A stretch of DNA of 64,000 nt from Azolla caroliniana (Eukaryota; Plantae; Polypodiophyta): positions 9,610,001 to 9,674,000 of the forward strand of contig JBHGNT010000015.1 of the NCBI GenBank assembly GCA_043228905.1, written 5' to 3'. Below the pieces are notes generated by a model that was given only the letters and a program-made list of their open reading frames with translations, was not told where the DNA came from and made no database searches. Shown in pieces: positions 35,814 through 50,059 of this stretch. A program made the translations under genes and the position numbers. Positions within the stretch are counted from its first letter, which is position 1. Each line of letters opens with the position of its first letter.

Positions 35814-36192
35814 TGTAAAAGAATACCTGTGCGGAAGCGTATGCGAAACATAGAGTACAGAGTTCGGAGAACGACAATTTAGTAAAATACAGAAAACGTA
35901 GAGATGGAGAGGGAGAGACAGAGAGAGAGCAGGCAACTCTATTCTATTTCAAAATAATAACACTCTGTACATATTTCATGCTCAGTGAGCACCTTTTATA
36001 TAGGCCCTGACTATCGGGCTGACACAAGTATTGACAATACTTGACTGCTCATAAATGAGCCTACTACATTAACTCCCAAAATTATTCCTTACGAGGAATA
36101 CCAGACTAACGGCCTTTCGGTTTACGCACCAATACGGCCATGTTATCCATATTGTTTTACACACCTAGTCTATGCACTAGGTTACACACCGT
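35814..36192 (-). repeat. Copia 5' LTR missing ~23 bp of its outer end
   Basis: Aligns with 20705-21075, then switches to TGTCGTG of another LTR. Confidence 0.9.
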
Positions 36193-39100
36193 TGTCGTGA
36201 AGATCCGTCTCTATGTGCGGATCGTGAGGCGGAACCACTGGGGTTCTGAACCGGAAGGACTCGAAGCACCCACTAGCTTTAGCGAGAAAGGATTTAAGAT
36301 AGTTTGAGGGAGAGAGATTGAGATGGCAAGAGAGAGATAGAGAGATAGAGAGATAGAGAGTCAGAAAGATAAGATGAAACTTTTAACTTTAGATTCGAGA
36401 GACAAGATAAATCATCAATTGGAGAACAAATTTTTCTTCTTCTTAAATTCTTGAATCAAAACATAACATACCTTTGATCCTTTTCATCCATCCCTTTATA
36501 GACGCACCCATGCATATGATGCATGTGAGGGTACAAAACATGCATACAATGCATGGAATGCATGTGATGCATGTTTGCCATTTGGCGCTCATGCATCACA
36601 TCTCACTCAATTAAGCTCTAATATGTGAATTTACATGTAAAACTATAATGATAGGGAAAACATTTCTAAAGAAATGACATAGCCTAGTGATAAGTCTATA
36701 TAATCTTAATGTGGAGGTGCAAGGATCAAGGCTTCACTTGCATTCCTTTTGAATACACACACACACACACACACACACACATATGTTTTTTATTATTAAT
36801 GTATTTTTTACAAGGCATTCCTTCGTCCGGTCGTCGTCTCGTCAGCTCTGTCGGGTGATGTCAGATGTCGGATCCCGTCATCGTCGGTCGCCGGATTCGT
36901 CCAAAACACATAGTTATATGCATTTGGCTACATCCATTCGTTAAGTCATATAACTTAACCTTTCTATGCACCACACATAGACACAAACATAATAGCTTTT
37001 ACTCTGCCTTATATATGGTGGGTTCCTTATTTGTCCTGTCTATGTGGGATATCACATATTTTTCTCTTCTTCTTTGCAAACTTCATACCCACATAGCTTG
37101 ACACTTAGATGTCTGTTTGCTACGTAGTAAACTATATTTAGAAGCTCTTCAATACCTCCATCATTTTGTACCAAGATATTAAACTTATTTAAAATAGTAT
37201 CTTTACTATTATTGTTTTATATTTCGTGAGAAGAACCACGCTCGATTTCGTATGTTCCTTACAAGTTTCACACTGTCGCTGAAAATCTTCACGACATCCA
37301 CCCCCACCAAACCGCACGTCCTCTGGTACGTGCCAAGAAGAGAGAGTGGAAGATTTCGGCGACGGTGATCAATCAAATTCTTCCATGTCTTCATTCATAT
37401 CCGCCCTATTACCTTCATCGTCGAGGTGATCGAGGTTAGGATCCTCCTCTTGTCTTTTCTTGAAAATCTTTACTCTTTTTCCTGTAATGGGTATGGCCAG
37501 CTTTGATCCATCTAGCTCCGCAAGGTGGTATGTTGCATTGTCGTTGGCACCTATCACTATATACGGTCCGAACCATCTTCTTGAGAACTTCCTTGTTGTA
37601 CTATGTTGATTGTCAAGGCTGTTGTCGTAGACCAATACCCAATCTCCTTCTTCGATATTCTTGGGACGCAGTCGATGTGTCTTGTCGAACCGAATTTTGT
37701 TCTTCACTCAGGCTACCTCCATCATCTTTCACGCTTTTTCTAGATCTTCAGGTCTCCTTTCAAGTTAACACTCTCTCATCACTATATAAGGATGAGGCGC
37801 ACAATGTAATAGGTGTGTGAAATATTTGGAAATTGGATATATTTCTAAAAGACACCAATTACTATTTTCGTGGGATTCATGAAATAAACTATACTCGTGT
37901 GATTCACGAGGTTTCTATATCTATCTCTATCATTCTAGTTTCATATTCTTATCCTTATATTGATTAATCTAATAAAATACATTATACTCATGGGATTCAC
38001 GAGGTTTTTTATATCTCTTTCTTAAAATCTATTCATAACTAGATTTGTCTCAAATTCTTCTTTCTCCTAATCCAAAACCTCAATGATTCCCACCCAACTC
38101 ACGCAACGATCTGGAGCCGAAAGGCACGACAACGTTCACCTTGGATGGTGAAGGCTTCCGGCCGTATGCTCCACACAAGTGACCTACCACCAAAATCTCT
38201 GGTTTCCCTAATGCGGAATTTTCTCTTGAAAATGTCACATTCGCATCTTTGACCCTTTGGAGCACCTTCTCACAATCTTTCATATGATTCGCGACGAACT
38301 TTCTACACCCTTCCTTATCTTTTGATTCATCTTTCTCCTCATCCGAGTATCCTTTTATCGGCATATCATCCAAGAACGACATCGCGATGTCTGGGATGCA
38401 ATCCTTCAAGACCTTGTTCATGACATTCACCATATGTGCCACCAAGTTCGTTGCACCTTGAGGTAAGGTACACATCCGCACGAGCCCGATCGGAGTCCTC
38501 ATGATTGTAATGTCACGACTGTTGATAGCCAATTGGAATTGGTCGTATACAGAGTAGAGATCGCCAATGGAGTAGATGGACTGCCCTACAAACGCTTCGG
38601 CAAATTCGTCCACGCTCGGTCCTATTCCGGCATTCCAAATTGTCACCTTATGGAGGGGTTGAAAATCTTCGATGAATCGCAATGATCCATTCTTCTTCGG
38701 CACCGTGAACCACCTATTAGGTTAAGGAGCATTCGACAGTTCTAGAATACCCATATTCACTTTCTTCTTTAAGAGCTCAATTAGCTTCGGTAGGTGTGCT
38801 CTCGGAACCGCTATCGGTTTCAAAATCCAAGGTACGTGCGGCACCGTGATGATCACCATTGGCTCTATCATCTTGGATCAACACATTCGATTTCTTGTGG
38901 GAAAAATGCGAAAGCCTTCCCATGTCTCTCAAGCATGTCATGAAACATTCACTCTTCTTCAGGGAGGAGGAAATCCTCCCTTCCAACTCGTAACTTCCCC
39001 TTTGTCTTTTCGGTGAAGATATGACCTATCGTCTTCGGATCTCTTAAGCTTGGATCGTTAGCGACTTCCTTCGTCTTTTGCCAGCTATCTTCTGGTACCG

Positions 39101-39912
39101 GAACCACAACTGGCTTGATCTTCTTATCCACTGGTTTATGTTTTGTGTTGACTTCAACTTCCTCCATGAAGTTGCCACGATAGTATTCATCGATGATAGC
39201 GTACATGTTGACGGAGTTAACCGAAATCACGCGTTGGTCGTGAAGATAGCTCAAGTCCACGACGTCCTCGATTTCGCCGATGGTGTCGTTAAATGAGGCT
39301 TCTTCCATAATATGAGTCACGAACTCTTCTTCTTCTATTATGTTTTCTTCTTTCGGCATCCTCTCAGATTCTTGTATCCGACGCTTGTCCTTCTTGTGGG
39401 GTAGTACTAGTTTACATGTGCCACTAGATGTGACACATATTGCTTCTCCTCGCAATCCACACACTCTTCTTTCTTGTGGGGACTTGTGATTGCTCGGACT
39501 ATTTGTGCCCCATGTTTCAATAGTCCGCTCTAAAAATCCGAAGATTCGCCTCCAAGGCTATCTTGATTTCTTTCATGATTAGCTCGCACCGTTAGGAATT
39601 GAACAGATCTTTGGTTGTCAAGACTCTTTATTCGAGCAAATGCCGCACCATTGTCGAACACTTTGGTTTGCATCCGAGATGATGTGATATACGGTTGTCC
39701 TAAGATGGCAGGATGCGATATCAATTCTTGCATGAAGAAGTGTTTATCCATGGCCACATCCCCGATCGTGACTTTAACATTGGGACAAGCTCCACACAAG
39801 TCCTCTGTAGTCTTTGTTGCCGCACGAATCTTCCATCCGTGATTTGTATTGATTGGCCATCTTCCTTTTTTGTAGAAGTCGGTTGACATGAGGTTGATCT
39901 CCAAGCCGTGGT
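36193..39912 (-). mobile_element. Trp-primed Gypsy family A, 3' portion (PR-RT fragment, integrase C-terminus, PPT, 3' LTR 36193-37296)
   Basis: LTR TGTCGTG...CACGACA; minus-strand GGTGGGGGTGGA next to the LTR; ORFs 37369-37707 (WFGPY), 38080-38703 (DLYS.YDQ, LPQGATN, FLDD), 39530-39904. Confidence 0.88.
37770..38131 (+). mobile_element. Truncated family-B-type LTR inside family A pol
   Basis: Similar to 58110-58449; ends GGCACGACA then ACGT; left part and the host RH/IN are deleted. Confidence 0.8.
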
Positions 39913-40566
39913 GACATGTTTAGTTGTTAGCTAAGGTGATAGAAAAACACAAGAGAAGCAGCTAATTAGCTGACATGTTGTTGTAGAATCTCGTGGATTA
40001 AGGAGGTTGCATGAGGTGTTCGATGCCGATAATGCTACAACCAATGAGGAGATAGCTGACAACGTGGCTGAAAGTAAGAGTCCTGCTATCACATCTCCTT
40101 CAGATGAACTCCACCCTATTCTTTTGGAAGATTGTACTGAATTGGGCAATGTTGTTAAAAGCCATGAAATATTGGAAACAACATGTAAATTTGAGGTTCA
40201 TAACAACAATGTTTTTGAACACTTGATGCAACGTTTCTTCGAATCCCAAAACCTTGATTCAACCCCACCAAGCCCAACTGCTGCTGATGTCCCACCAGAT
40301 CCCACTGTACTTGAAAAACTAGTGCAAGACATAGCCTACATGCAAGCCGCTGCTGAGGCGATGGAAAGGTTGTTGGAGGAGGACACACTTGCACAATGGA
40401 TGAAAGAAGCAAGGCTAAATGGGCAACCAGCTAGAAAAAGGCTAAAGAAGAGGTCACGATCAGGGACAAGACTAGTTACTCGGTCAAGGGGCTCTTGAAT
40501 TAGATCTAATTACTACCAATTATTGATTAGTGGGATAAGACGGTTAGCTATGTAGTTTCTTCAATC
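39913..40566 (+). other. Non-retroelement fragment (exon-like ORF 40007-40498 with TAGCTAATTAGC motif) between two family A pieces
   Basis: Abrupt junctions with protease (DHG) and RT/RH (EHTNAM) sequence; acceptor-like TTGTTGTAG at ~39987. Confidence 0.55.
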
Positions 40567-43500
40567 TTTGCATTGCGTTCGTGTGCTCGTCTCGCCATTC
40601 AAACTTCATTCTTTTCTTTAGCAACCCATATAAAGGGTCGGCTACATGGGAGTAGTGCGGAATCCAAGTATGGTAAAATGCGCATGCTCCAAGGAACCTT
40701 CAAACCTCCGTTTGGTTTATGCATTCTTCTTTCATGTCCTGGATCGCGTTCACCTTTGATGGCGAAGGCTTCTGGCTGTATGCTCCACATAAGTGACCTA
40801 CCACCAAGATCTCTGGTTGCCCGAATAAGGATTTTTCTCCCGAAAATGTTAAATTCGCATCTTTCATATGATCTACGACGAACTTTCTACACCCTTCCTT
40901 ATCTTTGGATTCATTCTTCTCTTCATCCGAACATCCTTTTATTAGCATCTAAGAATGGCACCGTGATGTACGGGATGCAATCTTCAAAACCTTGTGCATG
41001 CCATTCACCATATGAGCCACTGAGTTCATTGCACCTTGAGGTAAGGTACACATCCGCACGAGCCCGATCGGAGTCCTCATGGTTGTAATGTCACAACTGT
41101 CGATAGCCAATTCGAATTGGTCATATCCGGAGTAGAGATCACCAATGGAGTAGATGGATTGGCCCGCAAACGCCTCGGAAAATTCATACACGCTCGGACC
41201 GATTCCATCATTCCGAATTGTCACCTTGTTGACGGGTTCAAGATCTTGGATGAATCGCAATGATCCATTATTCTTCGGCACCGTGAACCACCTATTAGAG
41301 TAAGGAGCATTCGACAGTTCTAGAATACCCATATTCACTTTCTCCTTTAACAGCTCAATTAGCTTCGGTAGGTGTGCTCTCGGAACCGCTATCAGTTTCA
41401 AAATCCAAGGTATGTGCGGCACAGGGAAGATCACCATCGGCTCTATCATCTTGGATCAGCACATCCGCTTTCTTGTGGGAAAAATGCGAAAGCCCTCCCA
41501 TGTCTCTCAAGCATGTAGCGAAACATTCACTCTTCTTCAGGGAGGAGGAAATCCTCCCTTCCAACTTGTAACTTCCCCTTCGTCTCTTCGGTAAAAATAT
41601 GACCTATCGTCTTCGGATCTCTTAAGCTTGGATCGTTAGCGACTTCCTTCATCTTTTGCCAGCTATCTTCCGGTAGCGCAACCACAACTGGCTTGATCTT
41701 CTTATCCACTGGTTTATGTTTTGTGTTGACTTCAGCTTCCTCCATGAAGTTGCCACGATAGTATTCATCGATGATAACGTACATGTTGACGGAGTTAACT
41801 GAAATCACGTGTTGGTCGTGAAGATAGCTCAAGTCCACGACATCCTCGATTTCGCCGATGGTGTCGTTAAATGAGGCTTCTTCCATAATATGAGTCACGA
41901 ACTCTTCTTCTTCTATTATGTTTTCTTCTTTCAGCATCCTCTCGAATTCTTGTATCCGACGCTTGTCCTTCTGGTGGGGTAGTACTAGTTTACATGTGCC
42001 ACTAGATGTGACACATATTGCTTCTCCTCGCAATCCACACACTCTTCTTTCTTGTGGGGACTTGTGATCGCTCGGACTATTTGTGCCCCATGTTTCAATA
42101 GTCCGCTCTAAAATTCCGAAGATTCGCCTCCAAGACTATCTCAATTTCTTTCAGGATTAGCTCGCACCATTAGGAATTGAACAGATCTTTGGTTGTCAAG
42201 ACTCTTTATTCGAGCAAATGCCGCACCATTGTCGAACACTTTGTTTTCCATCCACGATGATGTGATATACGGTTGTCCTAGGATGACAGGATGCCACACC
42301 GATTCTTGCACAGAGAAGTGCTGACACATCTCCACATCCCCGATCGCGACTTTAACATTGGGACAAGCTCCATACAAGTCCTCTGTAGTCTTTGTTGCCG
42401 CGCGAATCTTCCATTTCTGATTTGTATTGATTGGCCATCTTCCTTTTTTGTAGAAGTCGGTTGACATGACGTTGATCTTCGAGCCTTGGTCAATCAAGAC
42501 TACTACGGTCTCTTTCTTCTCCCCGATCTTCACCAGCATCTCCGTTGTCGCTCGTGCCCAATGAGGTCGAGTATAGTGGGTGTCCACCATTTCTTCATCG
42601 ACTTCGTCTCTTGTCATCGTTATGGCATTTGCTTTCGATTTTAGTGGCTTCTCTTCTTCTTTGTCTAATTGTTGCCTTTTTCGCTTTACAAGGTGCACAA
42701 TTGTGTCGTGGAACTCCTTCTTCATAATGCCGAGTAATTCCCTCAAGGACAAAGTCATGTGGCTGTCAAGAACGCGTTCCTCGAGAATCTTCTTCAGGTC
42801 TGTCGTCTGCTCTATGTCCGACCTCAGCTTATAGGTAGGCATAGTCCTTGTCTTTCGAGCGGGGTCTTCAACACCAATCTTTATGGGCCGAACCGTTTCT
42901 TCGACTCGTTTGCTCGACTCTGCTTTTCGGCTTGCGTCTCCTTCCTCCATTTGCAAGGGTCGACTCGTCTTTGCATCATCTTTCTTTTTCACATTCCTTG
43001 TTTCATGTCTTTTTGATGGGCCTTGCTCTTCTATTCTTTTTCTCTTTTCTTCGATGAACACATTGTGGTTGTCGCACATCACTTCCGCGAGTATGGTGTT
43101 GTCATCCACCGGATCCAACCACCCGGTTATACTTTGCACACTTTGGTCCGCAAGCTCTACCTTGTTTGATGTGACCTTCCCCATCTTCTCATACTCAAGA
43201 ACGGAAGACCAAAACTTTGCTCCCATTTTCGCAACTTCATTTTTGTCTTCCCTGACTCTTATTCCGGCCGTTGCAGCATAGTGCATCGCATCCACATGAG
43301 TCGCCTCAACATCTTCCATAAACTTCTTCATTCCCCCTCTTCCGAAATTCACCCGTAGGGGTCTTCGAGTTTCAATCGAGCAGATCATGTTGTCATCTAT
43401 GTATACGATATTTTGTCGGATCGCCTCTCGAAGTCTCGTGCAATCCCTTCTCATGTAGTCCATGCTATCGCACCGCACGCATCTAAAGGGTTCTTTTCCT

Positions 43501-44922
43501 TTGGGGCCCGAACGATTCATGTTGGCTAGCGTGACCGCCTTAAACTTCTTCGCTAGTTCTTCGATGATGTCATCACCAATCTTCTTTTCTTCCACATTAC
43601 TTTGGTTTGGCGGCTCCAATACTTTCCACGTTCTTGCTTTCTCCGTGACAGTCGATCCCGTCCAGTTGGTGTCATCAACCAATTGGCGACGCTTGTCGAG
43701 CCTATTGCACGCCCGCTTCACCGCGATCTAGTTCGCTACAAGCCCATTTGTTTGGGTATCGTCTTCGAGAAGAGTCCCCAATTCTTCTCTATCCTTCATA
43801 TCCACAGCCTTTAGGAAGTACAAAGTTTTGTCCTCCTCAAGTAGCACTTGGTCTGTGGTGGGGAGACGACGAAACATTTGGTCGAATTCGTTGTACACCC
43901 TCGAAGCGCTCATCTTCTTATTCTTCTTTTCTATCCACTTCATCAAGGCATGTCGAGTCATCCTCGACAAATCTTCCGTCGCGAATTTCACTAATATTGC
44001 TTTTTCGAACTCCGACCACGTTGTCTTCCCTTCTTGAAGTTCGATGGCGCGCCTTTGGATGTTGTTGGCGACCACTCTCTTGAAACTTGTGATTTGCCGC
44101 GCTTCAAACACGTCCCTTTGATTCATCTCCCTTTTGTATGCATCAAGGAACTTCGTAATGTTCCTTCTGTCGAATTGACCCTCGAGCTCAACGACACGAT
44201 CGACGGCCTTCTCTACGCTCGCATCGTTGTCTCGAGATCTCATCATTTATTCAATGATCAACATCATCCTTTCGAAGTCTCCCACTTGATTGCTTGAGGA
44301 TGTCATCTCCAAGTATCGGTTGATCCTCGATTTGATCCTTCCTGCCGCCTCTTTCATGTCGGGTTCACCACTTGATTATGTCGTGAAGATCCATCTCTAT
44401 GTGCGGATCGTGAGGCGGAACCGCCGGGGTTCTGGACCGGAAGGACTCGAAGCACCCACTAGTTTTAGCGAGAAAGGATTTAAGATAGTTTGAGGGAGAG
44501 AGATTGAGATGGTGAGAGAGAGATAGAGAGTGAGAGAGATAAGATCGAACTTTTAACTTTAGATTCGAGAGACAAGATATATCATCAATTGGAGAACGAA
44601 TTTTTCTTCTTCTTAAATTCTTGAATCAAACCATAACATACCTTTGATCCTTTTCATCCATCCTTTTATAGACGCACCCATGCATATGACGCATGTGAGG
44701 GTACAAAATATGCATACAATGCATGGAATGCATGTGATGCATGTTTGCCATTTGGCGCTCATGCATCACATCTCACTCAATTAAGCTCTAATATGAGAAT
44801 TTACATGTAAAACTATAATGATAGGGAAAATGTTTCTAAAGAAATGATATAGCCTAGTGGTAAGTCTATAGACTCTTAATGTGGAGGTGCAAGGATCAAG
44901 TCTTCACTTGCACTCCTTTTGA

Positions 44923-44965
<43 letters not shown>

Positions 44966-45444
44966 CGTTTTTTATTATTAATGTATTTTTTACTAGGCAT
45001 TCCTCTGTTCGGTCGTCATCGTCGGTTGCCGTCGGTCACCGGATTTGTCCAAAACACATAGTTATATGCATTTGGCTACATCCATTCGTTAAGTCATACA
45101 ACTTAACCTTTCTATGCTCCACACATAGACACAAAGATAATAGCTTTTGCTCTGCGTTATATATGGTGGGTGCCTTATTTGTCCTGTCTATGTGGGATAT
45201 CACATATTTTTCTCTTCTTCTTTGCAAACTTAATACCCACATAACTTGACACCTAGATGTCTGTTTCCTATGTAGTAAAGTACATTCAGAAGCTCTTCAA
45301 GACCTACATCTTTTTGTACCAAGATATTAAAATGATTTAAAATAGTATCTTTACTATTATTGTTTTATATTTCGTGACAAGAACCCCGCTCGATTTCGTA
45401 TGTTCCTTACAAGTTTCACACTATTGCCGAAAATCTTCACGACA
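40567..45444 (-). mobile_element. Trp-primed Gypsy family A, 5' portion (5' LTR 44379-45444, gag-PR, RT)
   Basis: LTR homologous to 36193-37296; gag 43728-44246, gag-PR 42141-43721 (IDQGS), RT 40700-42042. Confidence 0.92.
44354..44370 (-). promoter_or_regulatory. Primer-binding site for tRNA-Trp
   Basis: Minus strand TGGTGAACCCGACATGA, complementary to the plant tRNA-Trp 3' end (TCACGTCGGGTTCACCA) with one mismatch. Confidence 0.88.
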
Positions 45445-48400
45445 ACGTGGGAGATCGACTCCGGCGCATCCTTCTATATTACTCCGTCGAGAGAGTATTT
45501 CTTGACTTGCATAGTTGGGGATCATGGCTATGTAAAGATGGGTGATAGTGGAGAGTGCAAGATAACCAGAGTCGGAAGTGTGTGCTTAACGACGTCGACA
45601 GGGTGTCGACTAACATTGAAGGATGTTCGACACGTCCCCGATATTAGATTGAATCTGATATCGACTGGAAGGCTTGACAACGAAGGCTACAGTGGTAGTT
45701 TTTGGAATTGCAAGTGGATGTTTTGCCGAGGAAATCTCATAGTGGCCTGAGCATAGAAAGAAGGCACATTGTACATGATGCATGCCTGACTGTGCAAATC
45801 GGAAGTAAACGTGGCAGCCGACTCGACAGGGGAGATATGGCATAAGAGGCTAGGCCACATGAGTGAGAAGGGAAAGCACCTGTTAGCCGACCAGAAAAAA
45901 TTCTACCAGAAGTCAAGGGAGTGCACCTGGAGAAGTGTGTCGATTGCTTAGCTGGAAAGCAGAACAAGACGACATTCCACACGAGACCACCGAGGAGAAG
46001 AGAAGCTGGACTGGAACTAGTGCACACGGATGTGTGCTATGTGGATGCTCCATCACATCGAGGACAATACTTTGTAATGTTTATTGACGACTATAGCCGG
46101 AAAACATGGGCCTTCGTATTAAGTCGAAGGATCAAGTATTGTTGGTTTTCAAGGAGTTCCAGGCAAGAACCAGTAGAGAGTCGGGTCGGAAATTGAAGGT
46201 TGTCTGAACCGACAATGGTGGCGAGTACAAAGGGCAGTTCGAGGAATACTGCAAGTGCCAAAGTATTTGGATCGAATACATAGTGCCAAAGACCCTAGAG
46301 TTGAACGGGCTTACAGAGAGGATGAATCAAACAATCATGGAGAGAGTAAGGAGCATGCTCTCCCATGCAAAACTGCCGAAATCCTATTGGGCTGAGGCGA
46401 TGTACACAGATGTTTATCTGATCAACAGGTCTCCCTCAGTGCCATTAAAGGGTGATGTCCCAGAGAGAATGTAGATAGCGAAGGATGTCTCCTACCAATA
46501 CCCGAAGGTGTTCGGATGTTTGGCGTATATGCATGTACCAAAGGATTAGAGGTCAAAGCTCGACAACAAGTCGAAAGCATGCATATTCATGGAAGATGAG
46601 TTCAGCTACAGGTTGTGGGACTTAGTCGACAAGAAGGTAGTGAGAAGTCAGGATGTAGTCTTTCTAGAAGACAAGACAATTGAAGACTGGAAGGAACAGA
46701 AGTCGGAATCGACTCCCCAGTCAACCTCGACTACCATCGACTTAAGGCCAAGTGAGTCGTCACCGAAAGGTGTAAGGAGACAACTGGATGACAGAGCCGA
46801 ATCCGAGTCGGTCGACTCGGAAAGACCGACAAACTATGAGTCAGAGTCGGCAGAGCTGCTGAAGTCAATTGATGAATATGAGTTGGAGTAATCCAACCTG
46901 GAGATGCTAATTGACAAGCAGAATACCGAGCAAAGAGAAGAGTTGGCAGAGACATCCGAAATAGAGCCAAGAACGAGTGGACGAAAGTACCCACTAAGAT
47001 AAAGGAAGGCACCGACTACATATGCTAGGCAATACATCCTCTTGACTGATGATGGTGAACCGGAGTGCTATGAAGAAGCCATTGCCGACGAGAGCAGAGA
47101 AAAATGCCTGAACGCAATGCCAGAGGAGATGGAATCCCTGCACACGAATTACACCTACGACCTAGTAGAGCTGCCAAAAGGTAAGAGAGCACTCAGGAAT
47201 AAGTGGGTCTACAAGGTAAAGATTGGAGAAGTCGACAGTGAGCCCAGGTATAAAGCCCACGTAGTGGTGAAGGGTTTCCAACATAGGAAGGGCGTTGAAT
47301 TTGACAAAATATTCACACCAGTCGTGAAGATGACATCCATTTGAACTGTTCTGAGCATAGCGGCCAGTTTGGACCTGGAGATCGAACAGTTGGATGTCAA
47401 AACCACATTTCTGCATAGGAAGTTAGACGAAGAGATCTACATGCATCAACCCAAAGGCTTTGAGGAGAAAGGGAAAGAGAATCAGGTGTGTCGACTGAGG
47501 AAAATCTTGTACGGTCTGAAACAAGCTCCACGCCAATGGTACAAGAAATTCAAGTCCTTCATGATGGAACATCAGTTCCAAAAAACACAGGTTGATCACT
47601 GTGTGTTCGTAAAAAGGTACGAGGAAGGATATTTCTTGATTCTCTTGCTATATGTTGATGATATGTTGATAGTCGGCCAAGATGCAAGGAACATTGGAAG
47701 CTTGAAGAAAGATCTCATCAAATCATTTGCCATGAAAGACCTTGGACCGACAAAGGAAATCCTAGGAATGCACATAACCCGAGACAGAGCTCGGAAGGTG
47801 CTATGGTTGTCACAACAGAAGTATGTGACGAGGATCCTAGAGAGGTTCAACATGTCGAACGCAAAGCCGATCGGCTCAGTGCTGCCGACAAATTGCAGAC
47901 TAAATGCAAAGTAGTGTCCGAAAGGGCAGAAGGAAAAGGCTGAGATGAAGAAGGTACCATATGCCTCAGCCGTCGGCGGTCTAATGTATGCTATGGTCTG
48001 TATGAGACCAGACATAGCATTTGTTGTGGGAGCAGTAAGCCGATATATAAGTAATCCAGGGAGAGAACACTAGGCAGCGGTGAAATGGATACTCAAGTAC
48101 TTAAAGGGCGCCTCGGGGGTGTGCCTCAGGTATGGTGTCGGAAAACCTGTGCTGGACAGTTTTACCGATTCAAACATGTCAAGAGATGTCGACTCAAGCC
48201 GATCCATGTCAGGGTACATGATGACCTATGTAGGGGGAGCAATGTCATGGTAGTCACGACTATAGAAGTCTGTAACTTTGTCGACTACAGAGGCAGAGTA
48301 TATGGTAGCGGTAGACACCGGAAAAGAGCTGATCTGGATGAGAAATTTTCTCACCGAACTAGGCATGAAGCAAAAGGAGTTCTTGCTTCACTATGACAAC

Positions 48401-48902
48401 CAAAGCGCCATACACCTAGCCAAGAACGCAACATACCACTCCCGAACCAAGCACATACAGAGAACGTATCACTGGTTGCGGGAGAGAGTCAAAGATGGAG
48501 AGTTTGCTCTTGTGAAGATCCATACTGACGACAATGGATCCGACATGCTGACGAAGAACCTACCTATGGACAGACTTAGAATCTATTGACAAAATACAGG
48601 ACTGACAGATTTCCTCCCACAGGAGTGACGGGAAGTTTGTTCGGAATATGTCCCTCTAATGGGAGGATGATCCGACTGTTCGGAAAGCCGACAATCGAAA
48701 AGTCGGAAAACAGGAGCCGAGTAGATGAGGAACCGGAATCGTGTAAATAGCCAACTCAGGAGACTATATTTGTAAAAAGTCTTAGTGTACGCCCCATGAG
48801 GGCTACGCATGTAAATAACCAGAAAATTGTGTAAGTATACATGTAACTAGGGCAAACATGTTGTCGTAGAGACGTAGGAACTGCAGAAGTTGAAAAACTC
48901 TC

Positions 48903-48947
<45 letters not shown>

Positions 48948-49027
48948 GTGAGCCGCGCCATAGTTGTGTGAGTAACAGTAGACGCGAAGAGCCCTGTGCG
49001 GCTGATACACTCGACAAAGTGTTGACA
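45445..49027 (+). mobile_element. 5'-truncated Ty1/Copia (Tnt1/Tork-like) element with 3' LTR ~48638-49027
   Basis: WEIDSGAS protease, VHTDVC integrase, YVDDML RT, STTEAEY and KIHTDDNGSDMLTK RNase H; GGAGTGACGGGAAG then TGTTCGG; LTR right end approximate. Confidence 0.9.
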
Positions 49028-49400
49028 AAGATTAATATTTCACTACTCAACTCTTTTGGACACCACCTAAATCTACTAGGGCCAAATCTTGACATAAACC
49101 CATGACACATTTATTACTGTGGAAGATAGCCTCAAATTCTCTCGGAGACAATACTGAATCTAAAAGACCACTCATGGAAGAGATAACACACTCTGATGAT
49201 TTACAGTGCTCTTCCGAGCTAGATCGACAAATTAAGCACTCACAAGTGCAGACTACATCCTCTAGGGAGGAGCTATGGTGACGTAGTAGATTAACAGAGT
49301 CCTTAAGAAAACCCATTTGTACATGGTAAATGCAACAACATGTGTATTGATCCTTTAAGAGTCTCACAAAGTGTGGCTTAAGAGACTTGAATGTTCATAG
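49028..49400 (-). pseudogene. Cys-rich N-terminal/central fragment of a Sola2-like DNA transposase
   Basis: TCCCIYHVQM...CTCECLIC...HSNKCVMGLC..WCPKE; same strand as 19705-20570. Confidence 0.45.
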
Positions 49401-49439
49401 TTGAACTTTGATATTTGGATGCATTCGCTTGAACCTTGA

Positions 49440-50055
49440 CATAGCTAACTAGCAATTTCCAATAACTAATTAGCTATGATCATATTCTAATGTAGCTAAT
49501 TATCTATTACTAGTAGCTTGTTAGCTATGGTCATATTTTGTAGCTAATTATCTATTACTAGTAGCTTGTTAGCTATGGTCATATTTTGTAGCTAATTAGT
49601 GAATGTTATAGCTAATTAGATGATAATAGCTAGTTAGCTATTAAGAGTAGCTAATTAGCTATTAAGTGTAGCTAATTAGCTAATTATCTATTAAGTGTAG
49701 CTAATTAGCTAATTAGCTATTAAGAGTAGCGATGATCATATTTTGAGGTAGCTAATTAGCTATTATAGTAGCTAATTAGATTAGAATAGCTAAATTAGCT
49801 ATTGGCAATCACTATTTAGCTATTACCAGTAGCTAGTTAGCTATGGTCATATTCTGAGATAGCTAAATAGCGATTGCCAATAGCTAATTAGCTGATAATA
49901 GTTAAGTCTCCTATGGCAATAGCTATTTAGCTATTTCCAATAGCTAGTTAGCTATGGTCATATTTTGAGATAGCTAATTAGCTATTGTGCTGGGTAATTA
50001 GTTGATAATAGCTAAATTAGCTAGTGGCAATCACTATTTAGCTATTACCAGTAGT
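49440..50055. repeat. Second TAGCTAATTAGCTA palindrome array
   Basis: Dense exact and degenerate copies. Confidence 0.9.
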
Positions 50056-50059
50056 TATT

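Larger units (their letters stand above)
20705..36192 (-). mobile_element. Ty1/Copia LTR retrotransposon, interrupted by Gypsy-2; 5' LTR cut short by a Trp-Gypsy LTR
   Basis: LTRs 20705-21099 and 35814-36192; Met PBS; order gag-PR-IN-RT-RH on the minus strand. Confidence 0.93.
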
